Source of the DNA: Actinobacteria bacterium RBG_16_68_21
Lineage (GTDB): Bacteria; Actinomycetota; Acidimicrobiia; Spongiisociales; UBA11373
Assembly: GCA_001767695.1 (NCBI GenBank)
Contig: MELR01000011.1
Span: 192 to 64,191 of the forward strand
Reading direction: 5' to 3'
DNA length: 64,000 nucleotides
Made by a program: the position numbers and the translations under genes. Positions 35,476-47,189 of this stretch are shown here, piece after piece; position 1 is the first letter of the stretch, and each line of letters starts with the position of its first letter. Below the pieces are notes generated by a model. It did not search any database and was not told the DNA's origin. It saw only the letters and a list, made by a program, of their open reading frames with translations.

Positions 35476-37091
35476 CGCCCCTGACCTCCCAGAAGGTTCG
35501 TCAGCTCTTCGACGTTCTGCGCCCGTTCCATGGCGAGGCGAACATCGATCCTGCCGGAGCGCACGAGTCCTGCCAGGGACTTGTCCATCGTCTGCATGCC
35601 GTGGCGTCCCCCCGACTGGATCGTGCTGCGGATCTGGTGGACCTTGCCTTCGCGGATCAGGTTGCGAACGGCAGGGATCGCCACCATCACCTCGACGGCG
35701 GCCGCCCGCCCCTGGCCGTCGACGGTGGGCAGCAACTGCTGAGTCAGCACACCCTGGAGGGACTCGGCCAGTTGGACCCGCACCTGCTGCTGCTGGTGGG
35801 GAGGAAAGACGTCGATGATCCGCTCAATGGCCCCGGGGGCATCCTGGGTGTGCAGAGTGGCGAAGACCAGGTGTCCCGTCTCTGCGGCAGTCAGGGTGGT
35901 CGCCATCGTCTCCAGGTCCCGCATCTCGCCGACCAGAATCACATCGGGATCCTGGCGGAGGGCATGCCGCAACGCCGTGGAGAACGCGCTCGTGTCGGCA
36001 CCCACCTCGCGTTGGTTGACGATCGAGCTCTTGTGTCTGTGCATGAATTCGATCGGGTCTTCGATCGTCATGACGTGGACCGCCCGGTGAGTGTTGATCT
36101 CGTCCACCAACGAGGCCAGGGTCGTCGACTTGCCGGTACCGGTGGCTCCGGTGACGAGCACGAGACCTCGCGGCAGGTAGGCGAAATCGCGAACCACCGC
36201 CGGCATTCCGAGTTCGGCGAGCGACTGGACTTCATTGGGGATGGCTCGCATCACCGCGCCGACTGCTCCCCTCTGAAAGAACACATTGACACGGAACCTT
36301 CCCGCGCCGGGAAGAGGATGTGAACAATCCAGTTCGAGGTTGTTCTCGAGCTCCTCGCGTTGACGCGCCGAGAGGATCGCGTAGACGAGACCTCGCAGCG
36401 GCCCCGGCATCAGCGTGTCGTAGCCCTCGATGGGGAGCAGGGCCCCGTGCACCCGCATCAGCGGCGGCAAGCCGGCGCTCAGATGGAGATCGGAGCCGTG
36501 GGCTTCGAGCAGGATCTTCAGCAGCTCGTTGATGTGATACCCCGATTCGCCGACGGCCTCCGCAGGGCGGGAAGACGGCACAGGGGGTCCGTCGAGAACC
36601 GCGTGGAGCTGCTTGGTCCCCGGGGTGGGCACCGCAGTCCCCCGAGCGCTCGAGTAGGTGCGGCGCACGACGTCGTCGAGTGAGTCACGCGGAGCGAGGG
36701 CCACCGAGATCTCCCCACCTGCCGCCGCGGCGACGCGACGGCGCCGTTCGACGTCCAGGGGGTCGGCCATCGCCACGACCAGGTTCCTCGACTCCATGCG
36801 CAGTGGAAGGACGACCTCGGCGACGGCCACCGCCGGATCCAATCGGGAGAGCACGCCGGGATCGGGAGCGGCGCCCAGAACGGGATCGTAGAACTCGACG
36901 CCGATCCCTTCGGCGATCACACGGAGGACATCGGCGCGATGCATCGCCCCGGTCTGCAGCAGCTCTGTGATGGGATCGGTACCTCGGCTGCCGGCGAGTT
37001 GCTCGGCTTCGGCAAGGGCGTCGGTGGGCAGCAGGTGCCCATCGACGAGGCGTTGACCGATCTGGCGGATCAGCTGATCGATGGGCATCAG
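35472..37091 (-). CDS. PilT-like retraction-type ATPase with N-terminal GspE_N/MshEN-like extension
   Basis: C-terminal about 350 aa is PilT-type (Walker A GATGTGKST, Asp box, Walker B DVILVGEMRD, His box ATLHT); N-terminal about 190 aa (MPIDQLIRQIGQRLVDGHLLPTDALAEAEQ...LRMESRNLVVAMADPLD) looks like the T2SS-E N-terminal domain; ATG at about 37088 overlaps pilB stop. Confidence 0.75.
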   Translation of the reverse strand: MMPIDQLIRQIGQRLVDGHLLPTDALAEAEQLAGSRGTDPITELLQTGAMHRADVLRVIAEGIGVEFYDPVLGAAPDPGVLSRLDPAVAVAEVVLPLRMESRNLVVAMADPLDVERRRRVAAAAGGEISVALAPRDSLDDVVRRTYSSARGTAVPTPGTKQLHAVLDGPPVPSSRPAEAVGESGYHINELLKILLEAHGSDLHLSAGLPPLMRVHGALLPIEGYDTLMPGPLRGLVYAILSARQREELENNLELDCSHPLPGAGRFRVNVFFQRGAVGAVMRAIPNEVQSLAELGMPAVVRDFAYLPRGLVLVTGATGTGKSTTLASLVDEINTHRAVHVMTIEDPIEFMHRHKSSIVNQREVGADTSAFSTALRHALRQDPDVILVGEMRDLETMATTLTAAETGHLVFATLHTQDAPGAIERIIDVFPPHQQQQVRVQLAESLQGVLTQQLLPTVDGQGRAAAVEVMVAIPAVRNLIREGKVHQIRSTIQSGGRHGMQTMDKSLAGLVRSGRIDVRLAMERAQNVEELTNLLGGQGR

Positions 37092-38776
37092 ACCACCACC
37101 CTGAGAATCTCCTCGAGCGTCGTGAGCCCCAGCCTGACCTTCTCCATGCCGTCCTGGCGAAGGGTCTTCATGCCTTGGCTCACCGCAACCCGCTTGATCT
37201 CGTCTGAGGGTCGGTGCTCGACGATCATCCGCTGCATCTCCTCGCTTACCAGCAGGGTCTCGTTCACCGCGAGCCGTCCCCGGTAGCCGGTGCTCGTGCA
37301 CGCCTTGCATCCGACCGCCCGGTAGATCGTCATCGGGCCATCATCGGGATCGAAACCCATTTGCTGGACGATCTCGGGGGACGCGATCCGGGCCTCCCTG
37401 CAGCGATCGCAGATCTTGCGCGCCAGACGCTGGGCGAGGACGGAGTCGAGGGCCGACGACACCAGGTAGGGCTCTACGCCCATGTCGATCAGTCGCCCGA
37501 ATGCGGAGGACGAGTCGTTGGTGTGCAGCGTGCTCAGCACCAGGTGCCCGGTCAGTGCAGCCTCGACGGCGATCTTGGCCGTCTCGGTGTCACGCACCTC
37601 GCCGATGAGCACGATGTCGGGGTCCGAGCGGAGAATCGCCTTGAGGACCGTTGCGAACTGGAGTCCCGCCTTGCGGTTCACCTGCACCTGGGTGACACCC
37701 TTGAGGCGATACTCGACCGGATCCTCGACGGTGATGATGTTCTTGTCGGGTGAATTGAGGATGTTGAGTGCCGAGTACAGCGTGGTCGTCTTGCCGGATC
37801 CGGTCGGGCCGGTGACCAGGATCGCCCCGTACGGCTTGCTGTACGACTGCTCGAATCGGGCAAGGGCGGAGGGGAGGAATCCGAGCTGAGCGAGGTCGAG
37901 GACCGCGTCCTCCTTGTCGAGGATCCGCAGCACGACCTTCTCACCGTAGATGTTGGGGAGGGTGGCCACCCGAAGGTCGATCTGCCGGCCCGACACCCGC
38001 AGGCTCACGCGCCCATCCTGTGGCACCCGGCGCTCGGCGATGTCGAGATCCGCCATGATCTTGAGCCTGCTGACGACCGCTCCGGACACCGATCGCGGTG
38101 TACTCATGATCTCGTGGAGCACGCCGTCGATCCGGAACCGCACCCGCAGGTCGCGTTCGCCGGGTTCGACGTGAAGGTCGGAGGCCCGCTCGTTGACGGC
38201 GCGGCTGATCAGCGTGTTCACCAGCTTGACGATTGGGGCCTCCTCGACCGCCAACTCGATGTTGCTCAGATCCTCCTGGGCAATGTCCCCGCCCACGAGG
38301 TCCGCCAGGTCGGCCACCGAGTCGTCGTAACGGCCCTGGCGACGGATGGCATCATCGATGTCCCCCCGGGTGGCGATCTTGGGGATGATGCGCAGTCCGG
38401 TGATGGCCCGGATGTCGTCGATGACGAGCACGTTGGCCGGATCCGCCATCGCCACCACGAGCGCGTCATCATCGAACTTGACTGGAATGACGCCGTAGCG
38501 CCGCGCCAGCGACTCGGGAATCAGAGCGGCCGCGCCGGGGTCGATCGTGGTCTCATTGAGGTTGATGAACTCGACCCCGCTGTGCGTGGCGATCGCCTGG
38601 ACCAGGTCGAGTTCCTTGACCATGCCTTCCGCGACGAGGATGCGAGTCAGCGTCTCCCCGGTCTCTGCCTGGCGGGCGCGAGCGCGCGCCATATCTCCCG
38701 TCGACACCAGACCGGAATCTTCGAGGACCGTGCCGATGTGATCGCGCTCTGACACCCGAACTCCCGTGCGGAACAC
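37088..38776 (-). CDS. pilB: type IV pilus assembly (extension) ATPase PilB
   Basis: 562 aa; GspE_N-type N-domain (VVAMADPANVLVIDDI), Walker A GPTGSGKTTTLYS, Asp/His boxes, tetracysteine motif (CDRC...CKAC). Confidence 0.88.
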   Translation of the reverse strand: MFRTGVRVSERDHIGTVLEDSGLVSTGDMARARARQAETGETLTRILVAEGMVKELDLVQAIATHSGVEFINLNETTIDPGAAALIPESLARRYGVIPVKFDDDALVVAMADPANVLVIDDIRAITGLRIIPKIATRGDIDDAIRRQGRYDDSVADLADLVGGDIAQEDLSNIELAVEEAPIVKLVNTLISRAVNERASDLHVEPGERDLRVRFRIDGVLHEIMSTPRSVSGAVVSRLKIMADLDIAERRVPQDGRVSLRVSGRQIDLRVATLPNIYGEKVVLRILDKEDAVLDLAQLGFLPSALARFEQSYSKPYGAILVTGPTGSGKTTTLYSALNILNSPDKNIITVEDPVEYRLKGVTQVQVNRKAGLQFATVLKAILRSDPDIVLIGEVRDTETAKIAVEAALTGHLVLSTLHTNDSSSAFGRLIDMGVEPYLVSSALDSVLAQRLARKICDRCREARIASPEIVQQMGFDPDDGPMTIYRAVGCKACTSTGYRGRLAVNETLLVSEEMQRMIVEHRPSDEIKRVAVSQGMKTLRQDGMEKVRLGLTTLEEILRVVV

Positions 38777-38910
38777 CGCACCTCGGAACCGTGCTTATCA
38801 CGGGGTTTGTCGGCATGACGGAGGCTGCTCTTGAGTGGTGTCCCCGGCCAGGTTCCGCCGAGGTGCCCGGAAGGAACCGCAGCACCGCCTCGGGAAAGGA
38901 CCGGTCGCGC

Positions 38911-39675
38911 CTAGGCCCGGGCCGCCTCCCGCATGACCTCGACGGGTGCCTCCACGCCCGTCCAGATGCGGAACGATTCGGCCGCTTGAGCGACGAGCAG
39001 GTCTATGCCGTCGACGCAGTTGATCCCGAGACGACGGGCGGCGGCACATGCCGGCGTGGCCTCCGCGGCGTAGGGCAGGTCGATCAGCCCGCCGGCGGCG
39101 GCGAGGACGGCCTCGGGGAGCCGCTCCCCGCGCATTCCGATCGGGGTCGCGTTGACGACCAAGGCCCCGGGCACGGCCATGCCCCAGGCCACCGCCCGGG
39201 CCGAGGGACACAGTTGTCGGGCATGACGGGCGGCGGCATCGGGGCGGCGGGCGGCGACCCACACGCGGTCAGCGGAGAACGCGACCAGCGCCGCCGCCGC
39301 CGCTCCCCCGGCGCCGAGCACCAGCACCGTTCTCTCCCCGGGCCTTCCGGTGGCGACCGAGCGGAGGGCGGCCACGTCGGTGTTCCATCCGCAGAGCTCT
39401 CCATCCCGGATCGCCAGGGTGTTGGTCGCCCGCCCGGCGGCGGCATCCGCATCGAGTCGGTCGCACAGCCGTGCCGCCAGACGCTTGTGGGGCATGGTGA
39501 CGTTCGCCCCGTCGAGTGCCCCGGAACGGAGTTCTCCGACGGCGTCGGCGACACCGCCGGCGTCGACCCGGCGAGCCAGGTACTCCCCGGCGATGCCGAG
39601 ATGGGCGAGAGCCGCGGAATGAATCGCCGGAGAACGGGAGTGGGCGACGGGGTTGCCGAGCAACACCAGTCTCAT
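38911..39675 (-). CDS. aroE: shikimate dehydrogenase
   Basis: GNPVAHSRSP, NVTMPHK, NT(D) and GAGGAA Rossmann motif. Confidence 0.88.
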   Translation of the reverse strand: MRLVLLGNPVAHSRSPAIHSAALAHLGIAGEYLARRVDAGGVADAVGELRSGALDGANVTMPHKRLAARLCDRLDADAAAGRATNTLAIRDGELCGWNTDVAALRSVATGRPGERTVLVLGAGGAAAAALVAFSADRVWVAARRPDAAARHARQLCPSARAVAWGMAVPGALVVNATPIGMRGERLPEAVLAAAGGLIDLPYAAEATPACAAARRLGINCVDGIDLLVAQAAESFRIWTGVEAPVEVMREAARA

Positions 39676-40778
39676 GAAGTCGCTCCCGCCTCCTCCTGGA
39701 GCCGGAGGAACTCATCGAAGTCGGCCGTAAAGGTGAACTTGCCGGTGTCGTCGGTCGTGAGGAAATACAAGTAGTCGCTCTCCGCGGGCGCGGCGGCAGC
39801 CTCGAGCGAGGCGATGCGCACCCCGGCGATCGGCGTGGGCGGAAGACCGGTGTGAAGGTAGGTGTTGTAAGGCGATTCGATGGACAGGTCGTCGAGGGTG
39901 AGCCCACCATCGGGAAGCCCGCCGAGCGCGTAGACCACGGTGGCGTCGAACTGGAGAGCCATGCCGAGATCGAGGCGGTTGTAGATCACACTCGCCACCA
40001 GGGGCCGATCCTCGTCGAGGACCGCCTCGCGTTCCACCAGCGAGGCGATGATCACCCCGTCGTAGGGGGTGAGCCCCCGATCGGTCAGATAGGTCCAGTC
40101 GATGGCCCCGACGCGTTCCTCGGCGGTCCGAGCCATAAGGGCGAGTATCTCGGCGGCATCGGCGTCCGTGGAGAACTCATAGGTGTCGGGGAACAGCAGC
40201 CCCTCCCAATCCTGGAGCTGGCGGGGCGGATCGGGCATCAAGGACGAGGCGACCGATCCGTCGAGAAGAGCCGCCGCCAGATCCTCGAAGGAGATCCCGG
40301 TCTGGCGTGATATCGAGTCGAGCATCTTCCCGACGCTGAGGCCCTCGATCACGGTGAGGCGGTAGGTGCGGTCCGGGGGTCCGGCCACCAGGATCGCCAG
40401 CACCGCGGCCGGGTCCATTCCGGTCTCCAACTCATAGGTGCCCGCCTGGAGCCGGTCGCTGGCATTGGCGTCACGCACCTCCTTGTCGAAGCCGGCGGCA
40501 GAAGCCACCACGCCTGCGGAAACGAGGTCGCGAGCGATCTGGGACGCCGGGGTCCCGGCGAGAACTTCGAAGTCGACGGGGGTGCCGGGAGCAACCGTGG
40601 AGCTGTCCGGCGAGGCGATCACGTCGTTGACCGCCGAGGCGAGCCACTTGACGCCGAGGTACGCCATGCCGAAGAAAACGATCACCAGCCCGAGCACCGC
40701 GAACCACCGCATGCCCCGATTGGGACCCGACGGCTCGTCGGGACGTTCCGGCCGATAGCGCTCCACCTCGATGCTCAT
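39672..40778 (-). CDS. mltG: endolytic murein transglycosylase MltG (YceG family)
   Basis: N-terminal TM anchor, YceG-like domain with conserved catalytic Glu region (LVASVIYNRL) and ...NTYLHTGLPPTPI.... Confidence 0.82.
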   Translation of the reverse strand: MSIEVERYRPERPDEPSGPNRGMRWFAVLGLVIVFFGMAYLGVKWLASAVNDVIASPDSSTVAPGTPVDFEVLAGTPASQIARDLVSAGVVASAAGFDKEVRDANASDRLQAGTYELETGMDPAAVLAILVAGPPDRTYRLTVIEGLSVGKMLDSISRQTGISFEDLAAALLDGSVASSLMPDPPRQLQDWEGLLFPDTYEFSTDADAAEILALMARTAEERVGAIDWTYLTDRGLTPYDGVIIASLVEREAVLDEDRPLVASVIYNRLDLGMALQFDATVVYALGGLPDGGLTLDDLSIESPYNTYLHTGLPPTPIAGVRIASLEAAAAPAESDYLYFLTTDDTGKFTFTADFDEFLRLQEEAGATS

Positions 40779-41179
40779 GATCCGTCCAGGTACGACTGCA
40801 GAAAGACCGCGGCAGCAACGCTGTCCCGGGATCGCCTCCTGCGATCCCGACGAGCCCCCGCCTCGATCATGGCTCTTTCGGCGATGACGGTGCTGTACCG
40901 CTCATCCACAAGGTCCGTCGGCAACCCCGTGGCGGCGCGCACCTCCTCGGCGAAGCGGCGCGCCTCCTGGGCCGCCGCCCCTTCCGAGCCGTCGAGGCCG
41001 ACGGGAAGACCCACCACGATCCGTTCGACGGCGAGATCGGCCACCAGGGTTCCGATCTGCTCGATGAGCCCGGCACCTGCCGCGATCACCGAGTGGGGAT
41101 GCGCGGTGAGGCCGAGTGAGTCGCTCACCGCGACACCCACCCTGGTGGAACCGTGATCGAGGGCGAGCACTCGCCCCAC
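40775..41179 (-). CDS. ruvX: Holliday-junction resolvase-like RNase YqgF/RuvX
   Basis: VGRVLALDHGSTRVGVAVSD... (RuvX N-terminus), about 134 aa from GTG at about 41179, next to alaS stop. Confidence 0.8.
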   Translation of the reverse strand: MGRVLALDHGSTRVGVAVSDSLGLTAHPHSVIAAGAGLIEQIGTLVADLAVERIVVGLPVGLDGSEGAAAQEARRFAEEVRAATGLPTDLVDERYSTVIAERAMIEAGARRDRRRRSRDSVAAAVFLQSYLDGS

Positions 41180-41180
41180 G

Positions 41181-43808
<2,628 letters not shown>

Positions 43809-43906
43809 TGCAGGGTTCGAGGGTGGCGCATCGTGGGAAGGGTAGTTGGACCCGGGAGAGCGGCACGCGCGACGTCTGATGCGGTCGGGTCGGCCGCGGC
43901 CGGCGG

Positions 43907-44053
43907 CGATGAGCGATGGGAGATGGGCGTGACGCGATTAGCAGCTGGCGATTAGCGATGCGCAATTGGCAATTAGCCGCCTGCCCGGCGCGACTCTTGC
44001 GGGTTGCGGGCAGCGGGCAGCGGGTTGCGGGTTGCGGGCAGCGGGCAGCGGGT
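43907..44053. repeat. 147-bp array of about 21 in-register degenerate heptamers (locus D): GCGATGG GAGATGG GCGTGAC GCGATTA GCAGCTG GCGATTA GCGATGC GCAATTG GCAATTA ... (TTGCGGG/CAGCGGG)8
   Basis: Strict 7-nt register across the whole alaS-rarA spacer; ends 2 nt before the rarA stop codon. Confidence 0.85.
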
Positions 44054-44055
44054 GC

Positions 44056-45399
44056 CTACTCCCCCGGCTCTCTTCCTTCCCGTCCCATGCGGCGGTCGAT
44101 CTCGGCGAGACGCTCGGCGGTGGCCGCCTCGGCCCCGTGGCGCGACGGCCGGTAGAGGATCGACCCGGCGGCATCGTCCGGCAGGTACTGCTGGGCGACC
44201 ACCCCTCCGGGATGATCATGAGGATACCGGTAGCCGACGCCGTGCCCCAGCTGCGCCGCTCCCCGATACCCGGTGGAGCGCAGGTGGGGCGGCACCTCGG
44301 CGCCTGGGGTCGTCTCGACCGCCTCCCGCGCCGCCATGATCGTCCGTCCGATCGAGTTCGATTTCGGCGCCGTCGCCAGGTACAGGGCGGCATGATGCAG
44401 GGCGTAGTTCGCCTCGGGGAGGCCGACAAAGGCGAGCGCCTCGGCGGCGGCGACGGCGACCAGCAAAGCCCGGGAGTCGGCCAGGCCGACATCCTCGGAG
44501 GCGAGGATCACCATCCGCCTGGCGATGAACTCCGGATCCTCACCGGCGACGAGCATGGTCTCCAGCCAGTAGGCGGCCGCATCGGGATCGGAGCCGCGCA
44601 GGCTCTTGATGAACGCCGAGATCACGTCGTAGTGCTGGTCGCCTCCCTTGTCGTAGCGCACCACCCGGCGCTGCAGGGCCTCGGTCACCGCCGCCTCGTC
44701 GATCGCCTCCGACCCCCGGCCGGCGGAGATCACCGCCGCCATCTCGAGGGCGTTCAGCGCCAGCCGGGCGTCACCTCCGGACCGCTCGGCGAGCAGATCG
44801 CGCGCCGCGGATTCGATCGCCCGCGGCTCGGAGATCCCTCGCTCCGGGTCGGTCACCGCCGCCTCGATCAGCCCGGCGATCTCAAGGGGGCTCAGCGGCT
44901 CGAGGCGGAAGAGGGTGCTACGCGAGATGAGCGGCGAGTTCACTTCGAAGAATGGGTTCTCGGTGGTCGCCCCCACCAGGATGACCGTGCCGTTCTCCAC
45001 CCCCGGCAGCAGGGCGTCCTGCTGGCTCTTGGAGAAACGGTGGATCTCGTCGAGGAAGAGGACGGTGCGCCGCTCGTCCTGCTCGAGGCGCCGCGTCGCC
45101 CGCTCCAGCACTTCGCGGACGTCCTTGACCCCGGCAGAGGTGGCCGACAGGGCCTCGAAGGCGGCCGCCGATTCCGAGGCGACCAGTCGGGCGAGGGTGG
45201 TCTTTCCCGTGCCCGGTGGCCCCCAGAGGATCATGGAGAGCGGCCGGCCGGCGCGCACCATCGTCGCAAAGGCGGCGCCGGTGGCCAGCAGGTGCCGCTG
45301 GCCGACGACCTCGTCCAGCGTCCGGGGCCGCATCCTGGCGGCGAGGGGTTCGGCGGCTGCTCGCCGCGCCTCTCGTTCGGCCCCGAAGAGGTCGTCCAT
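44056..45399 (-). CDS. rarA: replication-associated recombination protein A (RarA/MgsA AAA+ ATPase)
   Basis: Walker A GPPGTGKTTLA, Walker B LFLDEIHRF, sensor motifs, MgsA C-terminal domains. Confidence 0.88.
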   Translation of the reverse strand: MDDLFGAEREARRAAAEPLAARMRPRTLDEVVGQRHLLATGAAFATMVRAGRPLSMILWGPPGTGKTTLARLVASESAAAFEALSATSAGVKDVREVLERATRRLEQDERRTVLFLDEIHRFSKSQQDALLPGVENGTVILVGATTENPFFEVNSPLISRSTLFRLEPLSPLEIAGLIEAAVTDPERGISEPRAIESAARDLLAERSGGDARLALNALEMAAVISAGRGSEAIDEAAVTEALQRRVVRYDKGGDQHYDVISAFIKSLRGSDPDAAAYWLETMLVAGEDPEFIARRMVILASEDVGLADSRALLVAVAAAEALAFVGLPEANYALHHAALYLATAPKSNSIGRTIMAAREAVETTPGAEVPPHLRSTGYRGAAQLGHGVGYRYPHDHPGGVVAQQYLPDDAAGSILYRPSRHGAEAATAERLAEIDRRMGREGREPGE

Positions 45400-47189
45400 C
45401 AGCCGTCCGGCGAGTCCGTGGCGAGCGCCTCCCGTACGTCGGGCCGCAGGTCGATCCCCAGTTCGACCAGTTGGAGCTCATCGACCGCGCTGGGAGAGTT
45501 GGTCATCGGGTCGTAACCGCTCTGGGTCTTGGGAAACGGCATGACCTCGCGGATGTTCGGCTCGTTCTGGAGGATCATCACCAGTCGATCGACGCCGACG
45601 GCGAACCCGGCGTGGGGCGGCGTGCCGTAACGCAACGCCCGCATGAACCATCCGAAGCGCGACTCGGCTTCCCGGTCGGAGATGCCGAGTACGTCGAAGA
45701 CCTCCTTCTGTACGCGGGGGTCGTGAATTCGTTCGCTCCCCGATCCCAGCTCCACCCCGTTGAGCACCAGGTCGTAGGCTCGGGACAGTGCCTCGGCGGG
45801 ATGGTCGCGCATCTCGGTGATGTCGTACGGGGCGGTGAACGGGTGATGCTCCGGCGACAAGCTGCCGTCGTCGCCCACCGCGAACACCGGGAAGTCGGTG
45901 ACCCAGAGAAAGCGCAGCTCGTCGTGGCCCTCGGGTCGTCCCAGGTCGAGCCGCAGTGCGCCGAGAACCAGCCTGGTGACCTTGGGGCGATCGCCCACGA
46001 TCAGCAGGAGATCGCCCGGGGAGGCCTGCATCGCGCTGACAAGCGCCGCCTGTTCCTCGTCCCCGAGGAACTTGGCGATCGGGGATCGCAGCGTCCCGTC
46101 GTCCTCGACGACGATCCACACCAGGCCGCGCGCTCCGAGGTCGCGAGCCCGCTCCACCAGGGCATCGAGCGCCGACCGGGAGAGGTCGCGCCGACCGGCG
46201 TCGATCCCTGCCACCAGGCCTCCGGCGGCGAGCACATCGGCGAAGGCCCTGAAACCCGAGCCGGCGAACACATCGGACAGCTCGACGAGCTCCATGCCGA
46301 AACGGAGGTCCGGTTTATCGGTCCCGAAGCGGGCCATCGATTCCGCCCAGGTGAGCCGGGGGAAAGGCGCGGGGATCTCGATACCCCGCAGCGCGCGGGC
46401 CACCGCGGCCACCGCCGGCTCCAGTGCGGCGAACACGTCTTCGCGACCCCAGAACGCGCCCTCGATGTCGAGTTGGGTGAACTCGATCTGGCGGTCGGCG
46501 CGGAAGTCCTCGTCGCGGTAGCACCGGGCGATCTGGTAGTAGCGCTCCACCCCACCCACCATCAGCAGCTGCTTGAACAGCTGCGGTGACTGCGGAAGGG
46601 CATAGAACGAGCCCTGACGCAGCCTGCTGGGCACCAGTACGTCCCGGGCGCCCTCCGGGGTGGACTTCACCAGGGTGGGGGTCTCCACCTCGAGGAACCC
46701 CTGATCGACCATGGCGGTGCGCATCGCGGCGATGGCCCGCGATCGCGCCACCAGGTTGGCGGCCATCCGCGGCCGGCGCAGGTCGAGATACCGGAACTCC
46801 AGACGCCGCCCCTCGTCGACATCGGCGCGGTCGTCGATCTGGAACGGCAGCGGCTCGGATGGGGAGAGCACACGCAGCTCGGTGACGGCGACCTCGACCT
46901 CCCCGGTGGGAAGGTCGGGGTTGATCGTGCCCTCCGGACGCTTGCGAACCAACCCCGAAAGGGCGATGCAATACTCGTCGCGCAGAACGTCGGCGACCGT
47001 GCCCACTGCCGGGTTCTCCTCCGGGTTGATCACCGCCTGAATCCGGCCCGAGGCGTCGCGCAGGTCGATGAACACCACTCCCCCGTGATCGCGCCGGGTC
47101 GCCACCCAACCGGCGAGCTTCACATCCGTGCCGGCGTCGGACGCCCGCAACTCCCCGGCCCGCGCACTCCTCAGCGACGCCTGATCCAC
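45399..47189 (-). CDS. aspS: aspartyl-tRNA synthetase
   Basis: N-terminal OB anticodon-binding domain (KLAGWVATRRDHGGVVFIDLRD), class II motifs 1-3, GAD insertion; GTG at 47189 preceded by GGGAGG lies inside the last codons of hisS (19-nt overlap). Confidence 0.85.
   Translation of the reverse strand: MDQASLRSARAGELRASDAGTDVKLAGWVATRRDHGGVVFIDLRDASGRIQAVINPEENPAVGTVADVLRDEYCIALSGLVRKRPEGTINPDLPTGEVEVAVTELRVLSPSEPLPFQIDDRADVDEGRRLEFRYLDLRRPRMAANLVARSRAIAAMRTAMVDQGFLEVETPTLVKSTPEGARDVLVPSRLRQGSFYALPQSPQLFKQLLMVGGVERYYQIARCYRDEDFRADRQIEFTQLDIEGAFWGREDVFAALEPAVAAVARALRGIEIPAPFPRLTWAESMARFGTDKPDLRFGMELVELSDVFAGSGFRAFADVLAAGGLVAGIDAGRRDLSRSALDALVERARDLGARGLVWIVVEDDGTLRSPIAKFLGDEEQAALVSAMQASPGDLLLIVGDRPKVTRLVLGALRLDLGRPEGHDELRFLWVTDFPVFAVGDDGSLSPEHHPFTAPYDITEMRDHPAEALSRAYDLVLNGVELGSGSERIHDPRVQKEVFDVLGISDREAESRFGWFMRALRYGTPPHAGFAVGVDRLVMILQNEPNIREVMPFPKTQSGYDPMTNSPSAVDELQLVELGIDLRPDVREALATDSPDG

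Noticed and set aside
38777-38910. Possible sRNA or regulatory element in the 134-nt aroE-pilB gap and the 123-nt gap at 55490-55612 upstream of the minor-pilin operon (TTGACA at about 55538-55543 on the minus strand)
   Set aside because: Only weak hairpins (GTGCGG-tgtt-CCGCAC) and an isolated -35-like hexamer with no matching -10 were found. They are most likely ordinary promoter regions, and I could not support anything more specific.
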